DNA from: Okamejei kenojei
Lineage: Eukaryota
NCBI GenBank assembly: GCA_035221665.1
Contig: CM069153.1
Location: forward strand, 40,114,001 to 40,178,000
DNA length: 64,000 nucleotides
Reading direction: 5' to 3'
Both the position numbers and the translations under genes were made by a program. The first letter of the stretch is position 1; every line of letters starts with the position of its first letter. The notes under the pieces are model-generated. The model saw only the letters and a program-made list of their open reading frames with translations, was not told where the DNA came from and ran no database searches. Of the stretch, positions 1 through 12,174 are shown one piece after another.

Positions 1-173
1 AGTGCTCAGTCCAAATTGCTTCTATCAATATGTCCGTGAAGTATATACGCAAAGAAACATAAGAAATGGCCTCAGCAATGAAATAAAGATTCCTGTAATA
101 AAACCTTTCAAGAATTGCAAATATCAGATTCACTTCCAAAGGTCCTGCAAAGGTGCTCCAAAGGCTAATGTTT

Positions 174-405
174 AATGTTTTATGTATCATTCTTAATTGT
201 TACTGTATGTCATGTTGTTACTTGCGAGCGGAGCACCAAGGTAAATTCCTTGGTAGATAAAAATGCTGGAGAAACTCAGCGGGTGCCGCAGCATCTATGG
301 AGCGAAGGAAATAGGCGACGTTTCGGGTCGAAACCCTTCTTCAGACCCTTGTATGTGTACATACTTGGCCAATAAACTTATTCATTCATTTATTCATTCA
401 TTCAC
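174..405 (+). mobile_element. LINE-type 3' UTR fragment with (ATTC)n tail, interrupted by a Penelope-derived insert
   Basis: AATAAA followed by ATTC microsatellite tail; a related 3' end occurs at about 8480-8672. Confidence 0.5.
253..346 (-). mobile_element. Penelope-like pseudo-LTR fragment with minimal hammerhead ribozyme motif
   Basis: Minus strand reads gtCTGAAGAagggtttcgacccGAAAcGTC. Flanked by ccttg on both sides. The same repeat follows GIY-YIG remnants elsewhere in the window. Confidence 0.7.
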
Positions 406-429
406 TGCACGTGCTCCTGCTTTTCATTT

Positions 430-528
430 ATGTCTGAAGAAGGGTCTCAACCCAAAACGTCACTCATTCCTTCTATCCAGAGATGCTGCCTGTCCCGCTG
501 AGTTACCCCAGCATTTTGTGTCTATCTT
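430..528 (+). mobile_element. Penelope-like pseudo-LTR fragment (degenerate hammerhead motif)
   Basis: ctgaagaagggtctcaacccaaaacgtc..gatgctgcctgtcccgctgagttac; opposite orientation to the 253-346 copy. Confidence 0.65.
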
Positions 529-549
529 TTATTTATGTAAGATATATGA

Positions 550-858
550 CTGCACAGTGGCGCAGCGGTAGAGTCGCAGCCATCCAGCGCCAGAGACCCA
601 GGTTCGATCCTGACTATGGGTGCCGTCTGTATGGAGTTCGTATGATCTCCCCGAGACCTGCGTGGGTTTTCTCCAGGTACTCCGGTCTCCTCCCACAGTG
701 TAAAGACACACAGGTTTGTAGGCTAATTGGCTTGGTAAACTTGTAAATTGTCCCGTGTGTGTAGGATAGTGCTAGTGCACGGGGATTGGTGGTCATCGTG
801 AACTGTGGGGAAAAGGTCCTGTTTCTGCCCTGTTCCTCTAAAGTCTAAAAGTAAAATC
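550..858 (+). mobile_element. HE1-like tRNA-derived V-SINE
   Basis: A-box tggcgcagcggt, B-box ggttcgatcc, central gggttttctcc..ctcccaca..aaagac core, CR1-like 3' tail. Confidence 0.85.
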
Positions 859-1329
859 TTAAGGGAGCGAAAGAGGAAGACCCCTTATTAATTGTGCCCC
901 CTCAGTGATGACGAACGGCTACGTCCCTGTGTGGGTCTGGACCTTTGTGTCACCGTTGTTCGATATTGGAAATAAAGCCTACTATGAGTATCAGTGTGGT
1001 CAATGGTGATCTGGTATCATAACTGATGCCACAGTATATACATAACACAAATTAGTTGTACAATGTATATTTCTGTGAAATAAGTAGAACGGTAGGACAT
1101 GCTCCTTTACAATTCTTGTGCTATTTTGAGACGTTTCCTTTGCATTCAGTTGCTTCAAGTCATTCTCAGTTTCTGAGCATGGGTAATGCACTGGAGGACT
1201 GCAGGGAATGGTGTCTGGTAATCCCAGTGTCAGGAGCTAGGGTGTCATTGAACAAGTGCAGGGAAACGCACCCCGACGGGACAAAACACATGGTTGAAGT
1301 CTGGCTTGCAGCAAACCACGGCCTGCAGT

Positions 1330-1745
1330 GGGGGAAGGCGCTGAGCCAGCCCCTGCAGTCGAACGCAAGACCTGGTGGCCTGCCAGTTGCAAGGGGGAGA
1401 CGGCCCCCTCTCATCCATCGAAGACCAGAGGGTCCGGGTGGATAGAAACGGTGACGATGACGGACATGAAGGGCAAGGAGCGAGGCTGGTAGGAGAGGGA
1501 ACCGGGGTCGGCTGTCGGCTGCGGGGCACAAAGACGGATGGGCGAGGAGAGAAATGTCGAGTCCAAGGAAGGTGATGGCTTGAGGCCCGCAGCAGCCTGG
1601 GACTCGCCTGGATAGGGCACCGCTCATAGGAACTACAGCGTGGACTGGACTTTGAAAATGGCGTCAAACCAATGGCGCCTCTTGCATGCGGGCTCAGTAA
1701 ACTATTTCTGCACACTTTGCTAATCAGGGATGAGCTTAGGTGGAG
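1330..1745. repeat. Unclassified GC/CpG-rich interspersed repeat
   Basis: Abrupt GC-rich block; shares ggactggactttg with the GC-rich element at 13660-14280; no credible protein. Confidence 0.35.
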
Positions 1746-2884
1746 CAATACTATACTGGTCCGTTTTTATAAGAAAATAATTTCACTTCGCGTTTGCACA
1801 GGTGACCATAAAAGCAACACTGAACCCTGGAATAACAGGCAGACACAAGAGTTAAAGAACAAGATTGCAAAAATAATATAGGCAAGTTCATGGTTTGCAT
1901 AAATTCAAAAAGTTAAGACAGGTTAAAGGTTCAGGCGATAACACTTCCGATTCTTGGGTTTTGGGGCTGATACAAGCTTGGTTTATTGGCATTCAATTAG
2001 ATCTGAATTCGGAATGAAATCCAAAATGAGACATTCCAACATCTCATGATTAATTTGGGCGACATTTGAAGAAACCTTTCCATACACCCCAGTCTGACCA
2101 CTCATTAAATAGCATTGCAGGTTATTATTTACTAGTTCTATCTTCTAAAAAAAATGTAATTCCAACAAAATAATGTTTTTTTTTAATTCTCGCTGCCATC
2201 TAAATGAGGAGGTTAAATTTGACCAAAGTAAGCACATTCATTACACAAGGATGTGTTTCATTAAGTGCCAGGTTGCTTAAGCTTGGTCAATACTGAGTAG
2301 GTGTTGTGCACAAATGTGTTTGGGGCCAGTTCCTTTTCTTGCATTCTGTTCCAGATCCTGTAGAGCTTACAAACTGAAATATCCAAACACAAAAGCAAAA
2401 TAGCGCAGATGCTGCAACTCTGAAATAAAACACATAATACTGGAAGATCAGCAAGTCAGATAGTAACTGTGGAGATAAAACAGATTGATGACTTTCATTT
2501 GAACTGGGAAATATTAATGTTTAATATTTAAACATTAACTCTGTTTCACTATTTACGGATGCTGCTTGATCTGTGGATTCGCTCCTTAGATGCTGCTGCA
2601 CCCGCTGAATTTCTCCAGCCTTTTGTGTAACCCTACCTTCTTTAAACTTCAAATTATGGATTCTGACTTAATTCCCTGCATCTCTGTTGTCTTCTTTGCC
2701 TATCTTTCCACCATAGAGATCCCAGTCACTAACAAGTTGAATTGTCGTTTGTAGTTGACCACAATGTTATACGCACCAGAGTTTTTCACTGTATCTCAGT
2801 GCACTTGGCAATAATAGCTATTGTCAATACCACCCTACGCTCCACACCCATAGGATATCACATCAGTCACTTTTGTATCATCGG

Positions 2885-3335
2885 TGTGTTCAACGTAGCC
2901 CAGACCACCACACGAACCAACCTCCCTTCCATTGACTCCATCTTCACTTCACACTGCCTCGGCAAGGCCACCAGCATAATCAAGGATGAGTCTCACCCGC
3001 ATCACTCCCTCTTCTCCCCTCCCTCATCAGGCACGAGGTAGGGAAGTTTAAAAACGCACACCTCCAGATTCAGGGCCAGTTTCTTCCCAGTCGTGATCAG
3101 GCAACTTAACCATCCTACCAACAACTAGAGTACAGTCTTGGCTTACCATTGACCCCATTGGAGACTCTTGGACTACCTTTAATCAAACTTTACTGAACTT
3201 TATCTTGCACTAAACATTATTCCCTTTATCCTGTACCTGTACACTGTGGATAGCTCAACTGTAGTAAACGTATAGTTTTTCCGCTGACTAGACAGCATGT
3301 ACCCCGGTATACATGACAATAATAAACTAACTTTA
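2885..3335 (+). mobile_element. Rex1/Babar-like LINE 3' fragment
   Basis: AQTTTRTNLPSIDSIFTSHCLGKATSIIKDESHP C-terminal ORF remnant, 3' UTR and aataaactaa tail. Confidence 0.75.
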
Positions 3336-3799
3336 AACTTAGCAAATCTTTGTAACTTTCCGAATCAATGTCGGTTATGTCAGTTGGGACAACTCACACT
3401 TTGCAACCTTGAAACCAGGACATGATACACCATTACTTGGCTCTACCTTTAAGGAAAATTGTTCAGGAAATTGAAAAATACGTCATGAAAATGTTTGAAT
3501 GAGGAAATGAGAGTTGGCTTCATTCAGCCAACACTAGCACCACAGATTCTCGTTGACCTAATTCAACGTCCGTGGAGTCAAAATGGCTGAAATATTTACC
3601 CATGTCTCAATGGTAACCCTTTTCAAATATTGAAATATCTCTCTAGTCCAGAAATGGGCTAAATAAAGAGCTGACACATTTAGCATACAAATATTGAACT
3701 TCAAAACAGGTGTGGCTACTGAGTGAGCAACTTCCTAATTTCGAAGGCATCGATGACAAGAATCAAAAAATAAATTATGTTGCTGGAATGACACCTTTT

Positions 3800-5300
3800 A
3801 ATTTAGTTTACCGAGGTTTACCGAGTGAAAAGCTTATTTGTTGCCTGCTGTCTAGTCAGTGGGAAGACTATACATGATTACAATCAATCCATCCACAGTG
3901 TACAGATACGGGATAAAGGGAATAACATTTAGTGCAAGATAAAGTCCAGTAAAGTCCGATTAAAGATAGTCCAAGGGTCTCCAATGAGGTAGATGGTAGC
4001 TCAGAACCGCTCTCTAGTTGGTGTTAGGATGGTTCAGTTGCCTGATAACAGCTGGGAAAAAGCTGTCCCTGAATCTGGAGGTGTGCGTTTTCACACTTCT
4101 GTACCTCTTGCCTGGTGGGAGAGGGGAAAAGAGGGATTGTCCGGGATGAGACTTGTCCTTGATTATGCTGGTGGCCTTGCCGAGGCAACGTGAGGTAAAT
4201 GGTCAATTGAAGGGAAATTGGTTTGCATTATGGTCTGGGCTGCGTCCACAATTCTCTGCAATTTCTTGGATGGAGCTGTTTTTTTGTTTTGTTTTGTTTT
4301 GTTTATTTATTTGCACCATGTTTTAAAAGAAGACAAACGATCAATTTATAATACCATACAGTGCTGGGAGGGAAGGGCAGCTCAGAGGGCTTATACAAAG
4401 TCCGCTCCCATCTGAAAATGAGCGTTAATGGCAAATCAGGGGGTAGGAGAAATAAAAAAGACAATAATAAACAATAATACAGTTTAAGAATGAAAATTAA
4501 AAATATGAAATTAAAAATATGAAAATAAATAAAATAATAAGGTATGGTATGAGATAAGAGTCAACAGAAGTAGTTTGAGCTCATAAATAGCATTACAAAA
4601 AGCTGGAGGTCAGAACTCAGGACATGATGAGAAACTTTTTAAGCTCAATCTTAAAGGTGGCTAAGGAGATGTGAGACTTTAATGACAGAGGCAGGGTATT
4701 CCAAAATTTAGGACCTTTAAAAGTAATGCAATGTTGGTGTTTGAATGTTCGACAAAACGGAAGATGAAGATCATTTCTTCTTCAGGTTGGGTAACGGTGA
4801 ATATTAGAAGAAAGGGTGAAAAGATCATGAAGGAAAACGGGCAAGTCATGTTTACATTTAAGATATTTGAAAATAAAAATACACATTTGGAATGCATTCA
4901 GTGTATCTACAGACAAAATTGAGCACTTCTTGAAGAGAGGGGCAGAACGTTCTTGTGAATTTGAATGAGAAATTAATCTCATAAATTTCTTCTGTATGAT
5001 GAGTAGCTTAGAAAGATAGGAAGGATAGGTAGAACCCCAAACAATATTACAATAATTGAAATAAGGAAAAATCAAACTGTAATATATTGTTAGATGGGAA
5101 GACAGGTGAATAAATTCACAAACCTTTCTCAGAATACCAAGCATTTTCATTGATCTTCTACAGACAAGTATTGATATGTTCTTTCCAAGTTAAATTTTGA
5201 TCAATGGTTACTCCTAAAAATTTTGTATATGTTACTTCAGCTGTTCCCAAACTATGCTGTGATGCATCCCGAGAAAATGCGCATCTGTAGAAGTTGATGA
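3800..5300 (-). mobile_element. Rex1/Babar-like LINE 3' fragment split by a nested LINE
   Basis: Reverse complement of the 2885-3335 family from 3800-4280, resuming at 5239-5300. Confidence 0.7.
4281..5238 (-). mobile_element. 5'-truncated L2/Crack-group LINE (RT C-terminal region)
   Basis: YYSLIFPYFNYCNIVWGSTY..LLIIQKKFMRLI..APLF ORF remnant, A-rich tail, TSD agctgtt (4274-4280 and 5239-5245). Confidence 0.75.
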
Positions 5301-5678
5301 GCCTGCAATTCTATTTAACAAGTGGGCAGACTGGGGTTTATGGAAAGTTTTCTTCAAATGTTGCTGAAATTAATCATGAGATGTTGGAATGTCTCATTTT
5401 AGATTTTATTCCAAATTTAGCTCCATTGGATGCCCATGAATCCACCTTGCTTCAGCCTCAATACCCAAGAATCTGAAGTGTTTTTGCCTGAATCTTTAAG
5501 GAGTTTGGCTTAACGTATTAAATTTGTGTACGCCAGAACTCAACTATATTAACTTTGTAGACAGTATTGACTTACTGAGTGGAGTTACCTTGGGAATTAA
5601 TTGACAGGATACTGAGCAGACTTTTGAAATCTTATAAAAAGCTGTGGTTACAGAATATAAACATGTTGCAGTACCTAC

Positions 5679-5872
5679 CTGAAAGGATCTGTAACTTGCA
5701 TGAGACGGAATGCATTTATAAGTCTTGGTGTTACAACAACCAGAACAGCGCTGTACTTCAACACACGATGGCCACAGAAAGAAGCCCACTGAAGTAGGGT
5801 CCACTTTATACCGAGGAACATCAACCGTGACTATTCTTGTTTTGCATCCAGCTGCTTTTGGACTGCTGTGCA
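5679..5872 (-). CDS. PDGF-A/B-like growth factor, exon 4: PDGF/VEGF homology domain (HSSPKAAGCKTRIVTVDVPRYKVDPTSVGFFLWPSCVEVQRCSGCCNTKTYKCIPSHASYRSFQ)
   Basis: CKTR..WPxCVEVxRCxGCCN..C signature with PDGFA/B cysteine spacing. Acceptor ttctcttctcataatcaaag|, donor CAG|gtaggt, 194 nt, phase 1 to 0 as in PDGFA/B exon 4. Confidence 0.95.
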
Positions 5873-5933
5873 CTTTGATTATGAGAAGAGAAAATGGAGA
5901 AATTATTACTTTCAAAGTACATCCTCGCCTATA

Positions 5934-6257
5934 TTTAGTTTAGTTTAGTTTAGTTTGGAGATACAGCGCGGAAACAGTCCCTTCGGCCCACCGAGCCCGC
6001 ACCGACCAACGATCCCTGCACAGTAACACTACCCTACACACACGATGGACAATTTTTTACATTTATACCAAACCAATTAACCTACAAACCAGTACGTCTT
6101 TGGAGTGTGGGAGGAAACCAAAGTTCTCGGAGAAAACCCGCGCAGGTCACGGAGAGAACGTACAAACTCCGTACAGACAAGTCAGGATCGAATCCAGGTC
6201 TCTGGCACTGTAAGCGCTGTAAGGCAACAAATCTACTGCTGTGCCGCTGTGTTGCCC
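5934..6257 (-). mobile_element. HE1-like V-SINE
   Basis: Full SINE body with (TAAAC)n tail. Confidence 0.85.
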
Positions 6258-6464
6258 ATTCTACCATGAATTCCTGAACTCCCCGCCTGGTTGTGCTGAC
6301 AACACAAATCGAATGTTGCATTAGTTGTGACAAGAAATGCTCTTTCCATTTCCTCCAGGGAATGGAAATGCACATTGCATACATCTGCCCCTAACACACC
6401 ACCTAGCTCCCAGAAAACAAAATATGTGTACCTATTATTCTGACTCATACCTTCATTAGTAATG

Positions 6465-7165
6465 GGTGCAGAATTAAGCCATTCGACCCATTCAATCATG
6501 GCTGATCTATCTTTCCCTCTCAACCCCACTCTCCCGCCTTCTCCCCATAACCCCTGATACCCTTACTAATCAAGAATCTAAAAATCTTCACTGTAAAAAA
6601 AATCCATTGACTGGGCCTCCACAGCCTTCTGTGGCAGTGAATTCCACAGATTTGCTACCCTCTGACTAAAGAAATTCCTCCTCATATCCTTCCTAAAGGT
6701 ATGACTTTTTATTCAGAGGCTATGGCCTCTTGTCCTAGACCCTCCCACTAGTGGAAACATCCTCTCAACATCCACTCTATTCTGGCCTTTCACTATTCGG
6801 TACGTTTCAATAAGGTTCCGCTCATTCTTCTAAACTCCAGCAAGTACAGGCCCAGTGCCGCCAAACACTCACCATGGACTCATCCAGAGACGGTGTTGTT
6901 TGACATAGAAACTTAGAAAATATGTGCAGGAGTAGGCCATTCGACCCTTTGAGCCAGCACCGCCATTCATTATGATCATGGCTGATCATCCAGAATCAGT
7001 ACCCTGTTCTTGCTTTCTCCCCATATCCCTTGATTCCGTTAGCCCTAAGAGCTATATCTAACTCTCTCTTGAATACATGCAGTGAATTGGCCTCCACTGC
7101 CTTCTGTGGCAGAGAATTCCACAGATTCAAAACTCTCTGGGTGAAAAAGCTGTCCTCATCCCAGT
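6465..7165 (-). mobile_element. Two CR1/HER1-like LINE 3' fragments
   Basis: MFPLVG.SR.RGHS..LWNSLPQ.AVEA coding remnant and CR1 3' UTR hairpin, present twice. Confidence 0.8.
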
Positions 7166-7217
7166 CCTTCTCTGCCTGTTACAACGAACATCTCCATGAC
7201 TGACTGATTGGCCTTAT

Positions 7218-7598
7218 GAAAGTGTGAGGCCATATGCAAATTGGAGGAACAGCACCTCTTATTTTGCTTGGGCAGCTTACAACCCAGCGGTATGAACAAT
7301 GAATTCTCTAACTTTCGGTAACTTATATAAACACTCCCCTCCCTCTTCCACCATTAAAAGTTGGTGAACCAGTTCCACAGTTTACAATGATGTATCCCTC
7401 TTGGGATCACACCATCCCTAGCCAACAATCAGCCTATTGGAACAATCCTTCCCGATGTCATGTTACCAGCCCAATCTAAAACTGAACTGAAAACTGAACT
7501 GAATGGAACAAATTTGTCTTGGTCTTTTCCTGCTTCCAGTTCCTCCCTCCTGCAATCAGTCCGAAAGACAGATTCCGACCCGAAACGTCGCCTATCCA
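7218..7598 (+). mobile_element. Penelope-like element 3' end (GIY-YIG C-terminus plus pseudo-LTR)
   Basis: KLEEQHL..LGSLQPSGMN.EFSNF remnant followed by a degenerate gacccgaaacgtc motif. Confidence 0.7.
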
Positions 7599-7604
7599 TT
7601 TTTG

Positions 7605-7830
7605 ATCCCGCCCACGGGTGCTATCTGTATGGAGATTGTACGTTCTCCCCATGACCACATGGGTTTTCTCCGAGGTCTTAGGTTTCCACCCACACTCCAA
7701 AGACGTATAGGTTTGTAGGTTAATTGGCTTGGGTAAATTGTCCCCGGTGTTTGTAGGATAGCGTTAATGTGCGGGGACTCGGTGGGCCGAAGGGCCTGTT
7801 TCCGCACTGCAATCTCTAAACTAAACTAAG
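7605..7830 (+). mobile_element. HE1-like V-SINE (5'-truncated)
   Basis: SINE core and (TAAAC)n tail. Confidence 0.8.
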
Positions 7831-10185
7831 TTAAATGTCTCTCAATTACTCTCAAGGATCTGCTTTAAAATAAGTCCTACCTTGCCCTTCTCTATTGAAT
7901 AAAGTCACTGGAATTTATTTATCTGGAATGGAATTCAATTTGATATGTTACTTATGAAAGTAATTTGCTGGCTTTGAATTCTATATTCCATGTGACACAT
8001 ATCACATGTTTTCAAGGATCGTAGTCATCTAACGTGGAAACAGGCCCTCACGCCCACTGTATCCATGGCAACCATCAACCACCCAATTACACTATTCTCC
8101 TTTTTTCACCTCATTCTCCGCAGCTCTCCCCAGGTTCAACCACCCACCAATTCAGAATGACCAATTAACCTACCAACCCACACGTGTTTGAGAAATGGGG
8201 GAAACCGGAGCACCCAGAGGAAATCCATGCCGTTACAGAGAGAACAAACAAATTCCACACTGACAGAACTGGAGGTTAGAATTGAACCAAAGTTTCAAGC
8301 GATGTGAGGCTGCAGACCTCGTGTTAGCCAAGAAACTTATTACAGTACAACCTTCTTCCATTTCCATGAAGGTAAAGACATAAAAGTTAAAGTTGGCATC
8401 TTTCAAGAAGAGGAACATAGATTGCACTGGAGTTGACAGTAATGTCATTTGTTAACAGAGTATCATCATACCTTCCCAAAGGGAATGGACTTGAACTTTA
8501 TTTCGCCTTCCATCACAGTGAGGAATGTGTAGGAGTCACTGTGGCGGATTTTCATGTTAAAATGTGTTTTGGGTGTTCTGTTGCAATTTATTTGTATGAC
8601 TGACTTGGCAAATGAAATTCCTCGTGTGTTGCAAAACATACTTGGCAAATAAAGTACTATTCTGATTCTGATCAAGCTATTTCCTCAGCATTCGTGTCAT
8701 CCCCATTCTTATTCCCCCACAACCCTGCAAGTTGAATCTTCTACCACCACTCTTTCAGACCGTAAATTCCAGATCAAGATCACTTGATCCGTGAAAAATA
8801 TTTTTCCCATATCAGCTTTGGGCTCTTCCTCCCTTTTCCTCTAAATCTGCATCCTCCAAATGTTGGCGTTTCTGCCAAAGGAAACGCTTTTGTTTCATTC
8901 ACACTGTTTCAGTCCTGGACAATTCGGAACACTTCTTTCCCATTAGCCCACACCTCTAAGGAGGACAATCATCATTTCTCCAACCTGACCCCTTACATTG
9001 TGACGATCCTACCTAATCCTTTCTGCACCCTCTATGGATCTTCCCATACTTGCTTTAGTGCAATGACCAAAACTGGATCCAGATCTTCATTGTTTTATAA
9101 GAGTTCAATGTAACCTCAACAGATTTGGCCTTTACACCACCACTTAAAATCACTTTCTGGTATAGCAGCATCAAATATTTGTGCACATATACATGCCAAT
9201 TTCTGTCCATATGCCTCTTTGTAATTGGGCCGTTTATATTGTTGTCTTTCCTGATTCTTCCTGACTATATCACTTTGCAGTTTTCTGCTTTTGATTTCAG
9301 GGATCAACTGAGTGAATTTCCTCTGAATTGCTTCCTTTCCTGATTGAAAGCTGCAGCAGTAAGACCTTTAGCCCATCGAGTCCATGCCGACCATCGATCA
9401 CCCTTTCACACTAGTTCAATGTTACGCCACTTTTGCATCTACTCCCTACACACCAGGGGCAATTTACTAAAACTATCAACCTACAAACTCAGCACCCAAG
9501 GTCAGGATTGAACCTGGGTTCGATCGAACCTGCACGCAGATGATACAAGGAGATGGGAAAACATTGTGACGAGAAAGCAGAGTCTGCAACATGACATAGA
9601 CAGATTAGATAAGTGGGAAAATATTTGCCACAGGAGTGTAATGTGAGGAAATGCGAGGTTGTTTAATTAAACGGAAAGTATGAAAAAACAGAAAAAGTAC
9701 CATTGAACCATTGTAATGACTTGCAGTCCCTAGATGACATCCCTAAGAGGACAATCACATCTGCAGCCAACCTGAATTAACCTGTCAGTTGCCACAAGTA
9801 TGTTGGACATTAAATAACTAATTCTGGGGAAACAAGACTGCAGCACCCTAATTCTGTTCTTTTTCACATTCTTACCTTATTTTCACTCTTTGTTGAGGAC
9901 ATTGCACTCGACTGCATCTAATGGTGATCGCATGCTCTGCTTTTACTGGACAGTTTCCCCAAACCTGAAATTATCTTCAGGATTAAGGCCAATGCAACTA
10001 TACTTGGATCTCTTTTAGATTTTAACTTAAGTGTTTCTCGTCCATTTTATGTAACAACTGTCCATTTTAACAACTGTCAGCATTGTTCTCGAACAGCTCC
10101 ACAGTGCAAATGCCATGACATGGGATGCTACTGAATTGCATTGTTTCACTTTGGAAAATTCTTTCAGCAAGGCAGATTTGCATTT

Positions 10186-10490
10186 GACTTTAGACTTTAG
10201 AGGTACAGCGTGGAAACAGGCCTTTTGGCCCACCGAGTGCACACCGACCAGCGATCACCCCATACACTAGCACTATCCTACACACTGGGGACAATCTACT
10301 ACTTTGCAAAGCCAATTAACCTACAAACCTGTACGTCTTTGGAGTGTGGGAGGAAACTGGAGCACCCGAAGAAAACCCACGCGGTCACGGGGAGAACATA
10401 CAAACTCCGTACAGGCAGCACCCGTGGTCAGGATCGAACATGGGTCTCTGGCGCTGTAAGGCAGCATCTCTACCGCTGCGCCACCGGTCC
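10186..10490 (-). mobile_element. HE1-like V-SINE
   Basis: Complete tRNA head, core and tail. Confidence 0.85.
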
Positions 10491-10934
10491 GCCTCCAGAT
10501 GTTAAGAAGGAAGCATCTGATTTTACTAACTTTAAAAAAAAATTTGGGCAGCATTCATGCGCTTAATGAATTATACCCATCCAGATTCATTTGCCCTTCT
10601 CATTATCCTGCCTATAAATAGTACACTGTTTTTAGTACACTTTGGTACACTTGGCCAAGAGATGATAGAGATGTGAAAATGATTGGTGTCTATTCTGGTA
10701 AAAAGCAGATTAGGCCAAGTAATGGACTCATTCTTGTGTGAAACTTCCATCGTTGACGTGCAACCTTATCAATTTCTCTAATCTGCTACACTTTCCTAAA
10801 GCGCCTACCCTGGCATCCATATTGTTCACCTCACCAGCTCATAAACATCCTCCTTTCCTAAGAAAGCCCAAAATGTTACAACTGAAAGAGTGTTCATTGC
10901 TGAGGATTCAAAAGATTGTTCTTGCAATTAAGTA

Positions 10935-11257
10935 GTTTAGTTTTTTTAGTTTAGTTTAGTTTAGAGATACAGCACAGAAACAGGCCCTTCGGCCCACCGA
11001 GCCTGCAGTGATACCCTCAAATTAACACTATCCTACACACACTAGGGCCAATTTACCTTTATTCCAAGCCAATTAACCTACAAACCTGTGCAACTTTGCA
11101 GTGTGGGAGGAAACCTAAGATCTCAGAGAAAATCCACACGGTCACGGTGAGAACGTACAAACTCCATACAGACAGCACCCGTAGTCGGGATTTAACCCGT
11201 CTCTGGTGCTGTGAGCACTGTAAGGCAACAACTCTACCACTGCACCACCATGCCACA
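10935..11257 (-). mobile_element. HE1-like V-SINE
   Basis: Complete body with (TAAAC)n tail. Confidence 0.85.
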
Positions 11258-12174
11258 CAAATGCGATGCTGATCCAAGCAGTAACTAGCAAGGGAGCCCT
11301 CCTACTTATAACAAGAATAAAGTTGGCTTTCAAATTGTAGCCGAGTTTTAATAGAAATTTGATTTTTTTTAAATCTTATAAGTTGAAGTAAAGTCCTCCA
11401 AGTTACATTTTAAATGCAGAGATTACTTATTGCAGAGGTGATTGGTGTTCTCCTAATTCTGCTCCAGCCAGAATGGTTTTAATCTAATTGAAAAAGATCA
11501 GAAAAGAGGAAAGTCTCTGGAAATCTGTGGCAACCAGGTGAGAATAACATCAACATAGTTTGGGAATCAGAAATATAAGGTGTTCTTCCAAGAATCAAAT
11601 GATCATAAGGCCTCGACAAATGGAAAAATGCAGCTTCAGGATAAAATGGTTAATTGTCCATTCAGTTCATGGCCCGATCCAAAATGTTTTCAATTACAAA
11701 CATATATAAGAAGTCAGAAGGAAAGCAGAAGAAGGTCCTCGCAAGTTGAAGGGACGCCAGCTTAATCTCATCCACTGGTGCTCCAGGAGCAACAAACAAC
11801 TCGCTGAAGGTACCCAGCCGGTCAAGCAGCATCTGTGGAGGGAAATGGACCGTCGACGTTGTGGGTCAGAACCCTCCACCTGAAAGGGTAGAGGGGAGAT
11901 AGCCAGTACGCAGTGGCGAGGATAGAGACGTTGGGGAAGAGCCGGCAAGCGATATAGGCGGATCCAGGTGAGGAGTGGTTGATCGGAAGATGGAGTCAAG
12001 TGGATGGGGGAAGGGGAGAGTGGAGATAGTGACAGAGGCCGGAAAGGTGATGAATGAAGGCAGCAAAGTGTCGCGGGTGGTGGGTTCGAGGAGAGAGGTG
12101 CTCCAAGTTGACGTGCACTTGCTGTTAAGCAGGAAATGGAAGATGTTCATCGACTAGTAGTAATACTAGCAGAC

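Noticed and set aside
550-620. tRNA-like A/B boxes here and in many other copies
   Set aside because: They are SINE heads continuing into SINE core sequence, not tRNA genes.
887-1012. Minus-strand frame ITIDHTDTHSRLYFQYRTTVTQRSRPTQGRSRSSSLRGHN* resembling a basic PDGF C-terminal tail
   Set aside because: Weak acceptor, and no HxxCxC-containing exon 5 was found between it and exon 4, so it cannot be placed in the gene model.
3375-3410. ttcaag|GTT GCA AAG TGT GAG (VAKCE), reminiscent of the PDGFA exon 5 start VAKVE
   Set aside because: Stop codon after 10 codons and no terminal CxC; most likely coincidence.
7881-7907. Possible 27-nt phase 1-1 micro-exon on the minus strand with donor AAG|gtagga
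   Set aside because: Poor polypyrimidine tract, no homology, no independent support.
9876-9964. Minus-strand segment with strong donor AAG|gtaaga and acceptor tttcag
   Set aside because: 89 nt and contains a stop in the phase required by the flanking exons.
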